Positions 31,941 through 34,313 of a DNA stretch of 34,313 nucleotides are shown here, one piece after another (the stretch's first letter is position 1; each line of letters opens with the position of its first letter). The DNA lies in NCBI GenBank assembly GCA_003614675.1, contig ML002391.1, positions 1-34,313 of the forward strand. Direction: 5' to 3'. Made by a program: the position numbers and the translations under genes. This DNA comes from Dimargaris cristalligena (Eukaryota). Under the pieces are notes generated by a model, which saw nothing but the letters and a program-made list of their open reading frames with translations, was not told where the DNA came from and made no database searches.

Positions 31941-33692
31941 CGAGATTCTATAGTAATGTTGCAAATCTGATAAAATATCCAAAAGTACATATAAACAATT
32001 TAAGAAAAAATCGAACAAGCTGTGTTTGATTCTAAAGCGCAGGTGTAAAAGCAAATATGCATGAATAAAAGTTTCGGACAGTAGAACTTACCTTAAAGAA
32101 CTGATGTTAACGTTGAAGTATGTATGGACTTCTTCGAAATAAAATAATTGCCGGAGAATAATGTTAAGAGAAGAGTAAACTAAGGGATCAATGAGTGTAG
32201 CCAGTACACTTTTATATGGCCTATTGGTATCCTCAGATAAAGGCGTGTAAGAGGTTGCATATATTGTCATCGACACTAATGCATGCATATACTACGTTTA
32301 CCCCGGTGGCTGCGCCGAATGCTAACTCTACCCCAGTGGCGGATGCCAGCCCTATCACCACTGGTCGAGTAGTATCCTCGCCAGATGGCGGCGAGGACGG
32401 AGAACTAAACATTCAGGGACCTTGACAGTTAAACAGCCCTGCTATTGATAAATGCCAATCCCTCTCATATGTAGTAGCGAGACTACTATACAAAGTTCGC
32501 CAGGTTATAAGGCCGACTGTAGGTTTTAAAGTCAGTGTGTATAGACCCCATATATGCCATCATTATAAGCATCCCTGCGGTAGAATATAATCCAACTAAA
32601 TAAAGGGCATTCGGCCGGCAAGCTTCTGCCCTTTAGTTTACTAGCTGACCTGTTGCTCTTATCTTTCTTCAATTCTCTCATAGGCGCTGCATAATTCTAG
32701 TGAAGTTCGCTCAACGGCGAATGAGAGCGATATAAGAAAGACTTTTGAAGAGGGGATATTAGTAACGGTGACACCGAAACCAGCGAACTTTGGGCAGCAA
32801 ATGGAGAGGAGAAAGGGGTCTTACCGAGCGGTGGAAAGAACGACAGGAATGGTATACCATGGGTGGCAGAACAGGACGGCAGTCCAGGCGGAAGCCCAGA
32901 AGAACCTGCAGAAGGCAAAATATCAGAGACAGCACCCCCTGGCAAGCACCCGTGAGTATTCTGCAACTACTGAAATAGGCCAACCATTAAAGCACCCAAT
33001 GGTCACCTGACTTGACCAGCGGGAGTGTGCCACCCAGGCAGCAGCGGCCAGATTACTAGCACAATGGCCTAGCCCAAATATATGCCGTAGAATGTGACTC
33101 CAAGTCCGCCACCCGCACCAGTTGATGGTGCAGGGGAGTGCCTGAAAGGGAGTTGGAGCCATCCAGAACCTTTAATGACATACCCTAGGACCAATGCCCA
33201 GGAGGTCAGGACGTTATTTAAATTTCATCTCCAGGGTTATGAAAGGTGTGAGCGGGGGCGAGGGCCTATAAGTGGCGAAGGGGCCAACGTTATGTCTCCG
33301 GCATTATCTTGATGACATACTCTGCCATTTAACAAGGAGTTGTACGGTCGACCATTTAGTTGGCTCCCAAATGCAAATCCCTGGAGCAAGACCTCTTTAT
33401 GCCGGCCTAGCACTTTTTGGTGGTAATGTTGTAATAGTTTATAGTGGCCATTGTTAGTATGCTGGCTGGGACTTGGTTAATATATAGCCAGTGCCTTAAT
33501 GGAAACAAGGGCAATACTATGGAGGACTATAGCAATGGCTGGTAGCGTGGTATGTAACAAGTAAGTTGACTCAATCAAGATCGGAGAACATGCGGGAAAT
33601 AAAGTAAGAAATAGTAACACGGAATTGTAGGACATTTACTGTGAACATGAATAGCCAACCAAGTGCCAGTTAGCTTCCTGAGTAGGCTGACG

Positions 33693-34313
33693 GTGCAGCC
33701 ACATGGCTAGTGGGCTTCTCAAAACCCCTAAAACATCAGGAATAGGGGCTAATTAGTATGGTGCTGAGGGGTTTTTGTCATGATTCAGATATGAGAGCTA
33801 GTTGCAAGGTAGTTCTAAATATGGACTCTTTTAATATAATCAGATAACTCATGGCCCCAAACTTGGCCATAATAGCCTGGTGTAGCATAATAAGTCTAGT
33901 AAAGTCTGAGCAGATTAAGCCCAATTCATGGGTTGGAAAGAGGTTGTTAGACTGACTAATCCTCCTTAATCTAGACATCATCACATCTACCCTCATTAGG
34001 CCTTATAGTACCATATTACCCCTCCCATGGTTACCCCTGGTACTATAGGATCACCCTCTATTATATAAGCCTTCCCTTTCTGGACCCCAGCCCATTCACA
34101 CTACTCACTCCATATGCTAATCTGAAGCCTCTTTCAGTCACCATGAGAGTCTTCCAGGTACTAGCAGCTAACTAGATAGTCTATTCTACCCCTATACCTT
34201 AGTTACCTATAGTCTTCCCTTAGGACTGGTGTGGCAAAGTGGAGTATCCCCTTAATTACTACAAGTACAAACTATTAATATTTAGTTTTTATATTTATAT
34301 ACAAGGTATAAAG
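33693..34313. repeat. CpG-free, TpA-rich tract; probable heavily mutated repeat or transposon relic
   Basis: No CG dinucleotide seen in 621 bp of roughly 40% GC sequence; no long open frame. Confidence 0.45.

Overview
Eukaryotic, fungal-type genomic DNA: GT-AG introns, intron-poor GC3-rich genes and long pyrimidine-rich leaders; an early-diverging fungus is my inference. Seven protein genes are supported: 3-methylcrotonyl-CoA carboxylase alpha (minus, 5 exons seen, runs off the left edge), a ZRC1/COT1-like CDF zinc transporter, a DUF202 membrane protein (1 intron), an LRR-less CCR4/Ngl/Angel-type EEP phosphohydrolase (1 intron) head-to-head with CAF40/CNOT9, STI1/HOP, and a B-type cyclin. The main unannotated structure is a dispersed 144-bp element with imperfect ~30-bp terminal inverted repeats: five gap-free full copies, one degenerate copy and two fragments, probably a MITE family. 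Other observations: a TATA/leader/Kozak unit encoding only a hexapeptide, a frameshifted Cys-rich small gene, ATG-depleted long leaders, and a CpG-free tract at the right end. No tRNA, rRNA or CRISPR was seen. All assignments come from reading motifs by eye; no database searches were run.
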